From: Methanoregula sp.
GTDB taxonomy: Archaea > Halobacteriota > Methanomicrobia > Methanomicrobiales > Methanospirillaceae
Direction of reading: 5' to 3'
Length of the DNA: 64,000 nt
NCBI RefSeq assembly: GCF_028712425.1
Contig: NZ_JAQTQD010000001.1
Coordinates: forward strand, 23,414 to 87,413
This document shows positions 30,010 through 39,105 of the stretch, piece after piece. Position numbers and translations under genes: made by a program. The notes under the pieces were generated by a model. The model had not been told where the DNA came from. It saw nothing but the letters and a program-made list of their open reading frames with translations, and did no database searches. Each line of letters starts with the position of its first letter. Position 1 is the stretch's first letter.

Positions 30010-30693
30010 TTATTCTTTTAGTACAATGTTCTCAAATTTCAATTCGAAGTGCTCTTCTGAGACCGGCAGAGGGAGAGTGCAGGAGACAAGGCTCTTGCGG
30101 CTCACGTGCCCGCCGGCTGCAAGGGTGCCAAGGTTCAGGGCATTCCAGCAGGCCATCCTCCCCCGGTAATAGAAGTTGGCTGAGACGGTCACCTCCCGGG
30201 CAGCTGCAGTTCCGGTGTTGAAAGCCTCTGTATGGACAACCAACGGGACCGGGTTCTCTGTTGTCACACGTCCCTCCGGGTATTCCCAGTACCCGTCAAC
30301 ATGAATCTTCGGGGCTGCATGTGGTGAAACGGATGGCGCAGAGGTGGTAACCGGAACGATACTATCCCCTGCAATGAGTTCTGCGGTGATAGTCTCGTTC
30401 TGCTTATTGCCGGTGGACAAAGAAACCGACCAGGATTCATATCCGGCCATTGTGAGCCGGATCACGTGCTTTCCGGCCGGGATGTCTTCCAGGGTCAAAG
30501 GTGTGAGTCCCCGGAATACCTCGTCGAGGGATATCTCCGCGCCCGGCGGATGGGAGATAATAGTGATGGTTCCGCCTTCCTGTCCGGTTTCCGTTGCGAT
30601 GATCGGTGCTGCAGGAGCGATACAGCCGGACGATGCAACACAGAGAGTGATCCATGCAAGGGAGAGGATCAGCAGCAAGAGGAAGCGGGACAT
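30010..30693 (-). CDS. secreted PEGA-domain protein
   Basis: Signal MSRFLLLLILSLAWITLCVASSGC at ATG 30693. PEGA segment ITIISHPPGAEISLDEVFRGLTPLTLEDIPAGKHVIRL. Confidence 0.65.
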   Translation of the reverse strand: MSRFLLLLILSLAWITLCVASSGCIAPAAPIIATETGQEGGTITIISHPPGAEISLDEVFRGLTPLTLEDIPAGKHVIRLTMAGYESWSVSLSTGNKQNETITAELIAGDSIVPVTTSAPSVSPHAAPKIHVDGYWEYPEGRVTTENPVPLVVHTEAFNTGTAAAREVTVSANFYYRGRMACWNALNLGTLAAGGHVSRKSLVSCTLPLPVSEEHFELKFENIVLKE

Positions 30694-30939
30694 ATCTTCT
30701 CGGTTTTTCGTGGAACCGGGAGAATATATGAATTGGGCTGATGGTCCTGGTTCAACGGTTTCCGGCAATGGGATACGATTTTTACCAGATATCACAGGGA
30801 GTGTGAATCCAGATATCCTGTTTTATCAGGAAAGTTAGTGTCAGTACCAGGAAATAGCCGGGCCCGGGAAACCGTGTTCCCAATAATATCTGCCATATCT
30901 TTTTTCTCCTGCCGCGCCCAACAACACGTTCAGACTACT

Positions 30940-31152
30940 ATGGATATCCAGCAGGTTTACCACACCTTCACGAACCCGAAGGTGGTGACAAGCATGATGC
31001 TCATTGCCATTGGCCTCGGTCTCGTCCTCTCGGCCATGCTGAAGTATCTTTCCGGGCAATGGTACATGCCCACGCTCTTTGTTAGTCTCTGTCTTTTGAC
31101 GGCCCTCATTTACATGTACTGGCTCGACCACATGGACTGGCGGGACGACTGA
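30940..31152 (+). CDS. 70-aa two-TM membrane protein (hypothetical)
   Basis: MDIQQVYHTF... with two hydrophobic segments. Start chosen at the internal ATG 30940 of track ORF 30838..31152. Confidence 0.4.
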   Translation: MDIQQVYHTFTNPKVVTSMMLIAIGLGLVLSAMLKYLSGQWYMPTLFVSLCLLTALIYMYWLDHMDWRDD

Positions 31153-31555
31153 CCGCGACAGGGTTGTTGCTGATATCGGGATAGTAATGGATAGAGTCCC
31201 TGCAAAAGGAAAAAAGGAATGGATTGTTGCCCGGTTTTCTGCCTTGTTATTTCTTTGCGGATAAGAGTGCCTGGAGCTGGTTTATGATCCCGTTGATCTG
31301 TTCTTCCCCCATTCGTTCAACCGTTTTTCCAGCTGCCCCGCTCTTCGATTCATGCAAGCAGGTATGTATTGCGTATACAGGACGCGGGCAATTCAACACA
31401 CCTGCGGAGATTCAGAGAACTGCCCGGTCATCCATTCCCGCATGCCCCGCGTTCCGGAGGTGGAGGAGAACTTAGGGTGCAATTCCTGCCCGGATACACA
31501 ATAAAATAAGAAATTATTGATAAAATTGATAACTTCATGAAGTGGATATATCGGT

Positions 31556-32467
31556 ATGAGTGCTGAGGCAAAAAAGATAACACGACTGCCCCACTTCAAG
31601 ATGCTTGTTGACATTTTTATCATCGCCGTCTTTGCCGTGGTCGTGTATATTGCTGCGTATTTCATGAACCTGCCGGAGGTTCTGATCCGGGCTCTCGAAT
31701 CGTCCGGTGCACAGCAGACAAGTGCATTTTTTATTGCCGCAATCTTCCTCACGGTGGGCTTTGTCTTCTTTGCCGTCCGCAGGTGGAATGAAATATCACA
31801 GGTAACAGGGGAGACGGACCGACTCCAGGATGCGCTGGAGCGGGCAAACGCGAAACTCATGTTCCTCAACAACATCACCCGGTACGATATCTTAAACGAG
31901 CTGACCCAGCTCCACCGGGATTTGGAACCGGCCGAGAAGACGCCGGAAGTGAAGCGGGTGAACGAGGCCATCGAGCGGATCCGCCGGCAGATCAAGTTCA
32001 CCAAGGAGTACCAGGACATCGGGGCAATCCCGCCATCGTGGCAGAACGTGGCAGACGCCATCATGCGGGCAAAGGTCGGGGTGGACCTCGGCCATGTCAG
32101 TTTCGAGATGGAGATCCACGACCTTGAAGTCTATGCCGACCCGCTGCTTGAGAAGGTCTTCTTCTACCTGATCAGCAACTCCATGAAGTATGGCGGGCCC
32201 AAGCTCACACAGATCCGGATCTACCGGAAGAAAGCAGACGAGAAGATGATCATTGTCTTTGAGGACGACGGGATCGGGATCTCGCAGGAGATGAAGGCCT
32301 TCCTCTTCCCGAAGGAATGGGGCAGCCGGAAGCACGCCGGCTACGGCCTCTTCCTGATAAGGGAGACCCTCGCGGTCAGCGGCATCACCATCTTCGAGTC
32401 CGGCACCCCCGGCCAGGGCGCAAGGTTTGAGATTGCGGTGCCAAAGGGCGTGTTCCGGCAGATCTGA
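31556..32467 (+). CDS. membrane-anchored sensor histidine-kinase-like protein (HATPase_c), with Tyr at the expected phospho-His position
   Basis: Two N-terminal TMs. N, G1 and G2 boxes are present (NSMKYG, EDDGIGIS, GYGLFL). The H-box-like stretch reads NNITRYDILNEL, with TAC at 31883-31885. Confidence 0.7.
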   Translation: MSAEAKKITRLPHFKMLVDIFIIAVFAVVVYIAAYFMNLPEVLIRALESSGAQQTSAFFIAAIFLTVGFVFFAVRRWNEISQVTGETDRLQDALERANAKLMFLNNITRYDILNELTQLHRDLEPAEKTPEVKRVNEAIERIRRQIKFTKEYQDIGAIPPSWQNVADAIMRAKVGVDLGHVSFEMEIHDLEVYADPLLEKVFFYLISNSMKYGGPKLTQIRIYRKKADEKMIIVFEDDGIGISQEMKAFLFPKEWGSRKHAGYGLFLIRETLAVSGITIFESGTPGQGARFEIAVPKGVFRQI

Positions 32468-32473
32468 TCCGGG

Positions 32474-32510
32474 TTTTTCCCCTCATTTTTTTCTTCTCGT
32501 TCTTTTTTTG
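32474..32510 (+). terminator. oligo-T terminator region
   Basis: TTTTT, TTTTTTT and TTTTTTT runs begin 7 nt after the kinase stop codon. Confidence 0.45.
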
Positions 32511-32530
32511 ATTACACCGTACGGGGACAG

Positions 32531-33439
32531 TTACCGGATAGTTCCGTCAATCGTAACAATCTTTTCCTGAAGCGGAATCTTTTTGCCGGCTTTTTCCATG
32601 GCTTTTTCCACAACATGCCGCACTCCGCCACAGCAGGGGACTTCCATCCTGAGAACCATAACCGATTTTATCGCGTGCATGGAAAAGATGGCAGCAAGCT
32701 TGTCAATATATCCCTCAATATCTGCATCGAGTTTCGGACAGAAGATGATCAGGATGCGGCCTTTTAAGAACTCTTCATGGAATTGTGCAAACGCAAACGG
32801 GGTACAGTCGGCCGCTACCAGCAGGTCTGCATTCTTGAAGTATGCTGCTGCCGGGTTCAGCAGCGCCAGTTGCACCGGCCATTGCCGGAGTTCGGATGAT
32901 GATGCCCCGGCAACCGGCTGCCCCGGGCCCGTTCGCGGTGCTTCCCGCGATATGCTCTGTGCTGCTGCACCAGGACAACCGATAAAGGGATTGGGCTCAT
33001 GAGGCCCGGCATGGCATACCGCGGCCGGTGCTGCCCGGGTTGAACGGGTACCGAATGGGGCTGGTTTTTTTGCCGCAGGTGGCTTATGCTCGGGGATGGG
33101 AGTGCCGTACTCGATAAGATACTCGATGGCCTCGTTATACAACGCAGTCTCGCCATGGCCTGCCAGGTGTTCCAGGTGCGCTTTAATTACCGCAGCGCCC
33201 TGCTTTACGATAACCTCCATGACTCTCCGTTCATCGTAGGGCTCGGCTTCGCGTTCGATTACGCTGATTGCACCTTCCGGGCAGGTGCCGATACAAGCAC
33301 CAAGGCCATCACAAAAGAGATCGCTCACGAGCCGGGCCTTACCATCGATGAGCTGGAGTGCTCCTTCCGGGCAGTCTGGTATACACTGGCCGCAACCCGT
33401 GCATTTCATATCGTCAATACTGATAATCTTCCGTTTCAT
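32531..33439 (-). CDS. 4Fe-4S dicluster ferredoxin-domain protein with a Cys-containing C-terminal domain
   Basis: CTGCGQCIPDCP and CDGLGACIGTCP motifs, an Ala/Pro-rich linker, and a C-terminal domain containing CPKLD and VPCCGG. Confidence 0.7.
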   Translation of the reverse strand: MKRKIISIDDMKCTGCGQCIPDCPEGALQLIDGKARLVSDLFCDGLGACIGTCPEGAISVIEREAEPYDERRVMEVIVKQGAAVIKAHLEHLAGHGETALYNEAIEYLIEYGTPIPEHKPPAAKKPAPFGTRSTRAAPAAVCHAGPHEPNPFIGCPGAAAQSISREAPRTGPGQPVAGASSSELRQWPVQLALLNPAAAYFKNADLLVAADCTPFAFAQFHEEFLKGRILIIFCPKLDADIEGYIDKLAAIFSMHAIKSVMVLRMEVPCCGGVRHVVEKAMEKAGKKIPLQEKIVTIDGTIR

Positions 33440-33885
33440 TGAATCTCCCGCGGAGGATATTATCTGAACAGCGTATTAAGATTGCGAACGGGGAACCTGG
33501 TCGTTAAAAATCTGTTTTGTCCAACGGTATTAGGTCCATCCTAGAGAACCGTTTCCGGTTGCCCGTTCTCGTACGATATCGCGAGTACCTTTCCTTTCTC
33601 CTGACTCTGTACTGCCCTGTAGTAGGCGTGTTTTCTTCTGAAATACCGGCAGATCCCCGGTCTCCACTCCTCCCAGTTCCGTGCTGCACCCTGTTTTTTT
33701 GTAAAAACGCTGCTGTAACTCTGCTAAATACTGTCATTTCAAAGTGCAATATGAGCGCATTGCAGCCAATAGGGGGCCAAAATGAACGTTTCCCAAAATT
33801 ACCCTGTTGGTTTTTCCGGTTACTGTGTTGGTCGGACCACCTTTATGAGAAATCGAAGGCCAAATTGGGCTCTGTTTGCCTCACC

Positions 33886-34641
33886 TCACCTTTCCACTTC
33901 AGGCTTCCCCGGAGGTAGTGTGCGATCCCTGCTGTTGACAGGAGTTCCGTCACATGGCATTATTTTCCGGCCAGCAATACCAGGTTCACCGGTTGGCGCT
34001 CCAAGCCCGGCAATTGGACCCGGGTTACTGCCAGCGGCCGGTTTTTTGTGTACACAATTTTTATCTGAAGCAGGATCGCCCGAACGTATGGGATTGTTTT
34101 CTTCCGGTTCCGGTTTTTTGCCGGCTTGCTTTTTCCCGGACCGGTGTATGGCCGGGCTTCTTGTAGTATTTGGGCTGCGACCCGGCTCGGTTATTGCCGG
34201 CCCGGGACCACCCGAAACGGGAACCACGGTTCCGGACGGGAGCGGATTTATTCGGGGATTTGTCGGCAGTGTGATGACCGGCTTCCCGTTTACGAACAAG
34301 AATCCGTGGCAATCGATCTCGACAAGACCCGTTTCAAGCACCCGGAAAAACCGCATGGTACCATAGCGCGAGTAAAGCCAAAGCTCGCGGGAGATCGGGC
34401 CCCCGAATGGAAGTGTCGAGAGCCCGGCAATTGCACCGGAAAATCTCCAGCTGATCTCCGCCACGGTTTCATGAAGCCGGGTAGTTGCCATGATCCGTAC
34501 CAGGGCAAAGATTCCGTTACCCGTGATGGAAAAATCGCAGACATGTTCCGGCAGCTGCTGGAAGAGCATCACGCTCCCCCGGCCCATGGCAATGGGGATT
34601 GTGATATCAAATCCTCTGGTAGGCGGGGGACCTCGTCTCAT
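33886..34641 (-). CDS. hypothetical protein: globular N-terminal domain of about 130 aa plus a Pro/Gly/Lys-rich, likely disordered tail
   Basis: 251-aa ORF. The N-terminal half uses host-like GC3-rich codons, while the tail uses many AAA/AAT/ATA codons. An AT-rich promoter-like tract lies at 34670-34715. I did not recognise a family. Confidence 0.5.
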   Translation of the reverse strand: MRRGPPPTRGFDITIPIAMGRGSVMLFQQLPEHVCDFSITGNGIFALVRIMATTRLHETVAEISWRFSGAIAGLSTLPFGGPISRELWLYSRYGTMRFFRVLETGLVEIDCHGFLFVNGKPVITLPTNPRINPLPSGTVVPVSGGPGPAITEPGRSPNTTRSPAIHRSGKKQAGKKPEPEENNPIRSGDPASDKNCVHKKPAAGSNPGPIAGLGAPTGEPGIAGRKIMPCDGTPVNSRDRTLPPGKPEVER

Positions 34642-34907
34642 GAAGTCTCCCGATTAGTGTTCTGTGACATGTGATAAGATAAATATGATATTTCTATTGA
34701 TATAATTTTCATACTTTGCGGTTCCAGGGTAGATCCACCGGGTTATCCCATTGAGAATGAACCCGTCTGGTGACGCAGGCTAAGAGAAAACGGCACCTCA
34801 TGTTCCCATTGGTGCTGAATGCTGAAAGGTTCTCCCGGGAATAAGAGTTTCCCCGTAGTGGCGCCCGGTTCTTGCAGGATAGGTTATCGATTGTGAAGGA
34901 TATTGCC

Positions 34908-34913
34908 AAAAAA
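34908..34913 (-). terminator. T6 run downstream of ilvN
   Basis: The minus strand reads CTCTTTTTTGG, 14 nt after the ilvN stop. Confidence 0.4.
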
Positions 34914-34926
34914 GAGGGTGGTGAAA

Positions 34927-35430
34927 TTACTTTCCGCTCGTCACGGTTTTGGATCCGCGGAGGATCCCGACCGTGCCGGTACGGACAAACTCTTTCACAC
35001 CGTATTGCCGGAGCAGTTTCTCCAGCGCATCGATCTTGTCGGTATCCCCGATGACCTGGAGGATCAGCGTTTTTGCCCCGACATCCACGATCGAGGCCCG
35101 GAAGATGGACGCGATCTGCATGATCTCGGCCCGCGAGGTGCCGAGCTCTGCCGTGACCTTAATCAGGGCGAGTTCGCGCTCGACCCGTTCGTTATCGGTA
35201 AGGTCGGAGACCTTGATGACATCGATCAGCTTGTTGAGCTGTTTCATCACCTGCTCGACCTGGGCATCGTCACCGATAACGACAATGGTGATCCGGCTCA
35301 TGTCCGGCTCCTCGCAGGGGCCGACGGCCAGGCTCTCGATATTGAACCCGCGACGGGAGAAGAGCCCGGTGACCCGCGAGAGAACGCCGGCCTTGTTCTC
35401 GACAAGGATGGACAACGTATGCGGTTTCAT
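34927..35430 (-). CDS. ilvN: acetolactate synthase small (regulatory) subunit
   Basis: 167 aa with ACT-domain start HTLSILVENKAGVLSRVTGLFSRRGFNIESL. Overlaps the ilvB stop by 4 nt. Confidence 0.9.
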   Translation of the reverse strand: MKPHTLSILVENKAGVLSRVTGLFSRRGFNIESLAVGPCEEPDMSRITIVVIGDDAQVEQVMKQLNKLIDVIKVSDLTDNERVERELALIKVTAELGTSRAEIMQIASIFRASIVDVGAKTLILQVIGDTDKIDALEKLLRQYGVKEFVRTGTVGILRGSKTVTSGK

Positions 35431-37100
35431 CGCGAGTGCCCCCCGATCATCTCGTTGATTGCAGCACCGGCCGGAACCATCGGGAAGACGTTCTCCTCCC
35501 GTTCAATCCGGAAGTCCAGGACAAACGGGCCGTCGCATTCTATCGCAGCCTTCAGGGCCGGCATGACGTCGTCCGGGGACTCAACCTTGATGCCTTCGAT
35601 ACCGTACGCGTTGGCAATCTTGACAAACTCCACAGACGGCAGCTCGGTGTAGGAATACCGCCGGTCATAGAAGAGTTCCTGCCATTGCCGGACCATGCCA
35701 AGATACCTGTTGTTCAGGATCGCGACCTTGACCGGAATGTTGTAGTGGGCGATGGTGCCGAACTCCTGGATGTTCATCTGGATGCTGCCGTCGCCGGCTA
35801 CATCGAAGACCGGGACATCCGGCCGGGCAAAGTGCGCTCCCATTGCTGCCGGAAGGCCATAGCCCATCGTGCCAAGCCCTCCGCTCGTGATCCAGGTCCG
35901 AGGGTGACGGAAGCAGAAGTGCTGGGCAGCCCACATCTGGTTCTGGCCGACTTCGGAGACAATCACCGCATCGCCTTTCAAGAGTTCGCTCATCTGCCGG
36001 ATAATGTACTGCGGGTGGAGGCAGCCGTCGTCCGGGCACTTGAGCGGGTGGTGCTGCTTCCAGTGTTTGATCTTCTTGATCCAGGCATCATGGATGCCCT
36101 TCTTCTTCATGCAGGCAAGCATGTCTGTCAGGACCGTCTTCGTGTCGCCGACAATGGGGACATCGACCCGCTTGTTCTTGCCGATCTCGGCCGGGTCAAT
36201 GTCGATGTGGATAATCTTTGCATGCGGGGCAAAGGTCTCGGTCTTGCCGGTTACCCGGTCATCGAACCGGACACCAATGGCAAAGAGGACGTCGCACTCG
36301 GTGATCGCAAAGTTCGCGTACTCCGTGCCGTGCATGCCAAGCATGCCGAGGTTGAGCGGATGGTCGCACGGGATACAGCCAAGGCCCATCAGCGTTGTCG
36401 TGACCGGGATCCCCAGTTCCGTTGCAATGCGGATGAGCTCGGCAGAGGCATTCGAGAGGATGACTCCGCCTCCTGCATAGATGACCGGCCGCTCGGCTGC
36501 CATGATGAGCTGGAGCGCCTTCTCGATCTGCCGCTTGTGCCCGGAGTAGGTCGGGTTATAGCCCCGGAGGTGGACTTGTTCGGGAACCGGTACGTCCTTT
36601 ACGGATGTGGTGCTGACATCCTTTGGGATGTCAACGAGCACCGGGCCCGGCCGTCCGGTCCCCGCGATATAGAATGCTTCCTTGATGACCCGGCTTACGT
36701 CCCCGGCATCCTTCAGAAGGTAGTTGTGCTTTGTGACCGGCATCGTGATGCCGGTGATGTCGGACTCCTGGAAGGCGTCGTTGCCCAGCAGGTTTGTTGG
36801 GACCTGCCCGGTAAGCGCAACAATGGGGACCGAGTCCATATAGGCAGTGGCTATGCCGGTGACAAGGTTGCATGCACCGGGGCCGCTCGTTGCAAGGCAT
36901 ACGCCTACACGACCGCTTGCGCGTGCATAGCCGTCTGCGGCATGCGCGGCAGCCTGTTCGTGCCGTACGAGAATGTGCCGAAGAGACGAATCATAGAGTT
37001 CATCATAGATCGGCAGCACTACACCGCCCGGGTACCCGAAGATGATCTCGGTCCCTTCGCGCTGCAGTGATTCAACGAGGATTTTTGCCCCGGTCTTCAT
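35427..37100 (-). CDS. ilvB: acetolactate synthase large subunit
   Basis: 557 aa with ThDP motif GGLGTMGYGLPAAMGA...AGDGS and an N-terminal GYPGG. Confidence 0.9.
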   Translation of the reverse strand: MKTGAKILVESLQREGTEIIFGYPGGVVLPIYDELYDSSLRHILVRHEQAAAHAADGYARASGRVGVCLATSGPGACNLVTGIATAYMDSVPIVALTGQVPTNLLGNDAFQESDITGITMPVTKHNYLLKDAGDVSRVIKEAFYIAGTGRPGPVLVDIPKDVSTTSVKDVPVPEQVHLRGYNPTYSGHKRQIEKALQLIMAAERPVIYAGGGVILSNASAELIRIATELGIPVTTTLMGLGCIPCDHPLNLGMLGMHGTEYANFAITECDVLFAIGVRFDDRVTGKTETFAPHAKIIHIDIDPAEIGKNKRVDVPIVGDTKTVLTDMLACMKKKGIHDAWIKKIKHWKQHHPLKCPDDGCLHPQYIIRQMSELLKGDAVIVSEVGQNQMWAAQHFCFRHPRTWITSGGLGTMGYGLPAAMGAHFARPDVPVFDVAGDGSIQMNIQEFGTIAHYNIPVKVAILNNRYLGMVRQWQELFYDRRYSYTELPSVEFVKIANAYGIEGIKVESPDDVMPALKAAIECDGPFVLDFRIEREENVFPMVPAGAAINEMIGGHSR

Positions 37101-38587
37101 GTCCTGTCCCTCAATAGTCTGTTCATGCCGGCGATCATCGCCTCGACACTTGCCATGATGATGTCGGTGCGGGCGCCGCGTGAAGTAATTATCTTCCCGT
37201 CTTTACTTAATCTTACTGTTACTTCGACGAGAGCATCCGTCCCGCCGCTGATCGCGTCCACATGGTACTCTTCGAGCCGGATATCAGCAACATCGGAGAC
37301 GCACTTTCTGAGCACTTCCATGGCTGCATCAACCGGCCCGTCCCCGGTTGCTGCACCGGTCATCTCCTGGCCGTTGACGACCAGCGTGACAGACGCAGTA
37401 GGGATCATATGGCTGCCGGAGGTTGCGGTGAACTGCCGCATCTTGATGACCGGTTTGCACTCGATCGAGAGCACGGCATCGGCCACTGCCATCAGATCTG
37501 CATCCGTGACGCGTTTGCCTTCGTCGCCAAGCTGCTTGACCCGTTTCACGATCTCTTTTACCTGTTTTTCGTCGGCATTGTAGTCCATTTCGTGCAGGGC
37601 AGCTTCGACCGATGCCGTCCCCGAGTGCTTGCCAAGAACGATCCGCCGCTTACGCCCCACCATCTCGGGTTTCACGGACTCGTACGTGGAGGGGTCGCGC
37701 ATCACGCCATGGGCATGGATGCCGCTCTCGTGCGTGAATGCCATCTCGCCGACAATGGCTTTGTTTACCGCCAGCGGGACACCGGTATGCCGGGAGACGA
37801 GGCTTGAGAGCGGGTAGATCTTCTCCTTGACAATCCGTGTTTGGTACCCGTACAATGCTTCAAGTGCCATCACAACCTCTTCGAAAGGCGTGTTGCCCGC
37901 CCGTTCTCCGAGGCCGTTGATGGTCACGTGGGCACAGTTTGCCCCGGCTTTCAAGGCTGCCATGGTGTTCGTCAGGGCAAACCCGAGATCGTCATGGCAG
38001 TGGATCGAGAGCGGGGCGATCGCTGCAAGCGGCGGGATGAACTCTGCGGTCTTCTCGGGTGTCAGGAGACCGACGGTGTCGCAGAAGCAGAGCCGATCAG
38101 CTCCCCGCTCTAAACCACCTTTGAAGATCTCGTGCAGGAATGCCTGGTCGGCCCTTGATGCATCTTCCCCGGAGAGTTCGACAATGAGCCCGCGGCTTTT
38201 TGCATACTCCACGGCATCATAAGCCATTTTTGCAACCTGCTCGCGATCTTTCCGCAGCTTCTTTGCTATATGCAGGTCACTTACCGGGATAACGAGGTGA
38301 ACCGAATCCGCCCCCAGGTCAGCAGCATAATCGATGTCCTCCCTGAGGGCACGGACATAGGTACAGATCTCTGCTTTCAGCCCGGCATCCGCAATGCGGC
38401 GGATTGCTTCCCGCTCGCCATCGGATGCAGCCGCGGATCCTGCTTCAATGACATCAATGCCAATGTCCGAGAGCCTGGATGCGATCTCAAATTTCTGTTC
38501 AGGATTCAGCGAGACGCCGGGAGTCTGTTCCCCGTCCCGTAATGTTGTGTCGAAAAAGCGCAGGTTATCGGCGAATAAAACACTCAC
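37097..38587 (-). CDS. cimA: (R)-citramalate synthase / 2-isopropylmalate synthase family enzyme; the pattern favours CimA
   Basis: FDTTLRDGEQTPGV, HCHDDLG and a C-terminal LeuA-dimer regulatory domain. It aligns closely by eye with methanogen CimA (ICTYVRAL, GLIVELSGEDASR). Assigning CimA rather than LeuA is an inference. Confidence 0.75.
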   Translation of the reverse strand: MSVLFADNLRFFDTTLRDGEQTPGVSLNPEQKFEIASRLSDIGIDVIEAGSAAASDGEREAIRRIADAGLKAEICTYVRALREDIDYAADLGADSVHLVIPVSDLHIAKKLRKDREQVAKMAYDAVEYAKSRGLIVELSGEDASRADQAFLHEIFKGGLERGADRLCFCDTVGLLTPEKTAEFIPPLAAIAPLSIHCHDDLGFALTNTMAALKAGANCAHVTINGLGERAGNTPFEEVVMALEALYGYQTRIVKEKIYPLSSLVSRHTGVPLAVNKAIVGEMAFTHESGIHAHGVMRDPSTYESVKPEMVGRKRRIVLGKHSGTASVEAALHEMDYNADEKQVKEIVKRVKQLGDEGKRVTDADLMAVADAVLSIECKPVIKMRQFTATSGSHMIPTASVTLVVNGQEMTGAATGDGPVDAAMEVLRKCVSDVADIRLEEYHVDAISGGTDALVEVTVRLSKDGKIITSRGARTDIIMASVEAMIAGMNRLLRDRT

Positions 38588-38688
38588 TCATGGTATACAC
38601 CATGAGTAATCGTGGGAATGGAGAATATAAAAAGGATTGCTGCACCAGATTTTTCGATATTTATCACACATCCCCGGATGTTCCATCG

Positions 38689-38792
38689 TTTTGATTTGTT
38701 TTGTTTTTCTGGTTGGTAGAACACCTGGAAGGGAATATGTCTGATGGGGATGGGGCCACGGGCGCTCGGGATCTTCCGACCCTCGCCCCGTG
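38689..38792. repeat. Copy B of the two-copy intergenic element (oligo-T tract, 44-nt spacer, 38-nt block at 38755-38792)
   Basis: GCCACGGGCGCTCGGGATCTTCCGACCCTCGCCCCGTG. It forms a 9-bp stem CCACGGGCG / CGCCCCGTGG with one bulge. See copy A at 10003-10040. Confidence 0.6.
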
Positions 38793-39105
38793 GAAATTTG
38801 CTGTATGTGGGCCAAAAAAGAGGATCATCGTCGCAATGCCCCCGTTAATCGTGAGAATGATTTTTCCTGGGCAGGAGTTTTTAAAATCCCTTACCTGCAT
38901 CTCGGCCTGCTAGTGGCGGCAGTTCGAAGTGTCGAATCTCATCAGATATGAGACATGATAAGAACCTGAAAGGTTCCTCGAATGATGGGGGGATTGGAGA
39001 AAGACAACATATCTGATTATTATGATTTTCTTTATTCTGCCGTGTACCGACCGCAGATACTATATTGTCACTCTTCATATCATCCGGTAACCAGGGAACA
39101 TCCCG

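Noticed and set aside
31153-31555. Micro-ORFs on the minus strand of the 400-bp gap before the kinase gene, for example the 21-aa MGEEQINGIINQLQALLSAKK.
   Set aside because: They are too short and have no supporting promoter, RBS or coupling signal, so they cannot be distinguished from chance.
31393-32064. 223-aa minus-strand ORF overlapping the start of the histidine-kinase gene.
   Set aside because: It overlaps a gene with clear TM and HATPase features. Its composition is Ser/Arg-rich and it has no recognisable motifs.
34720-34900. Possible structured RNA or SRP RNA between the orphan gene and ilvN.
   Set aside because: Only weak, short hairpins are present and no conserved RNA family motif was recognised. 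The stretch is more simply the orphan gene's upstream region plus the ilvN terminator.
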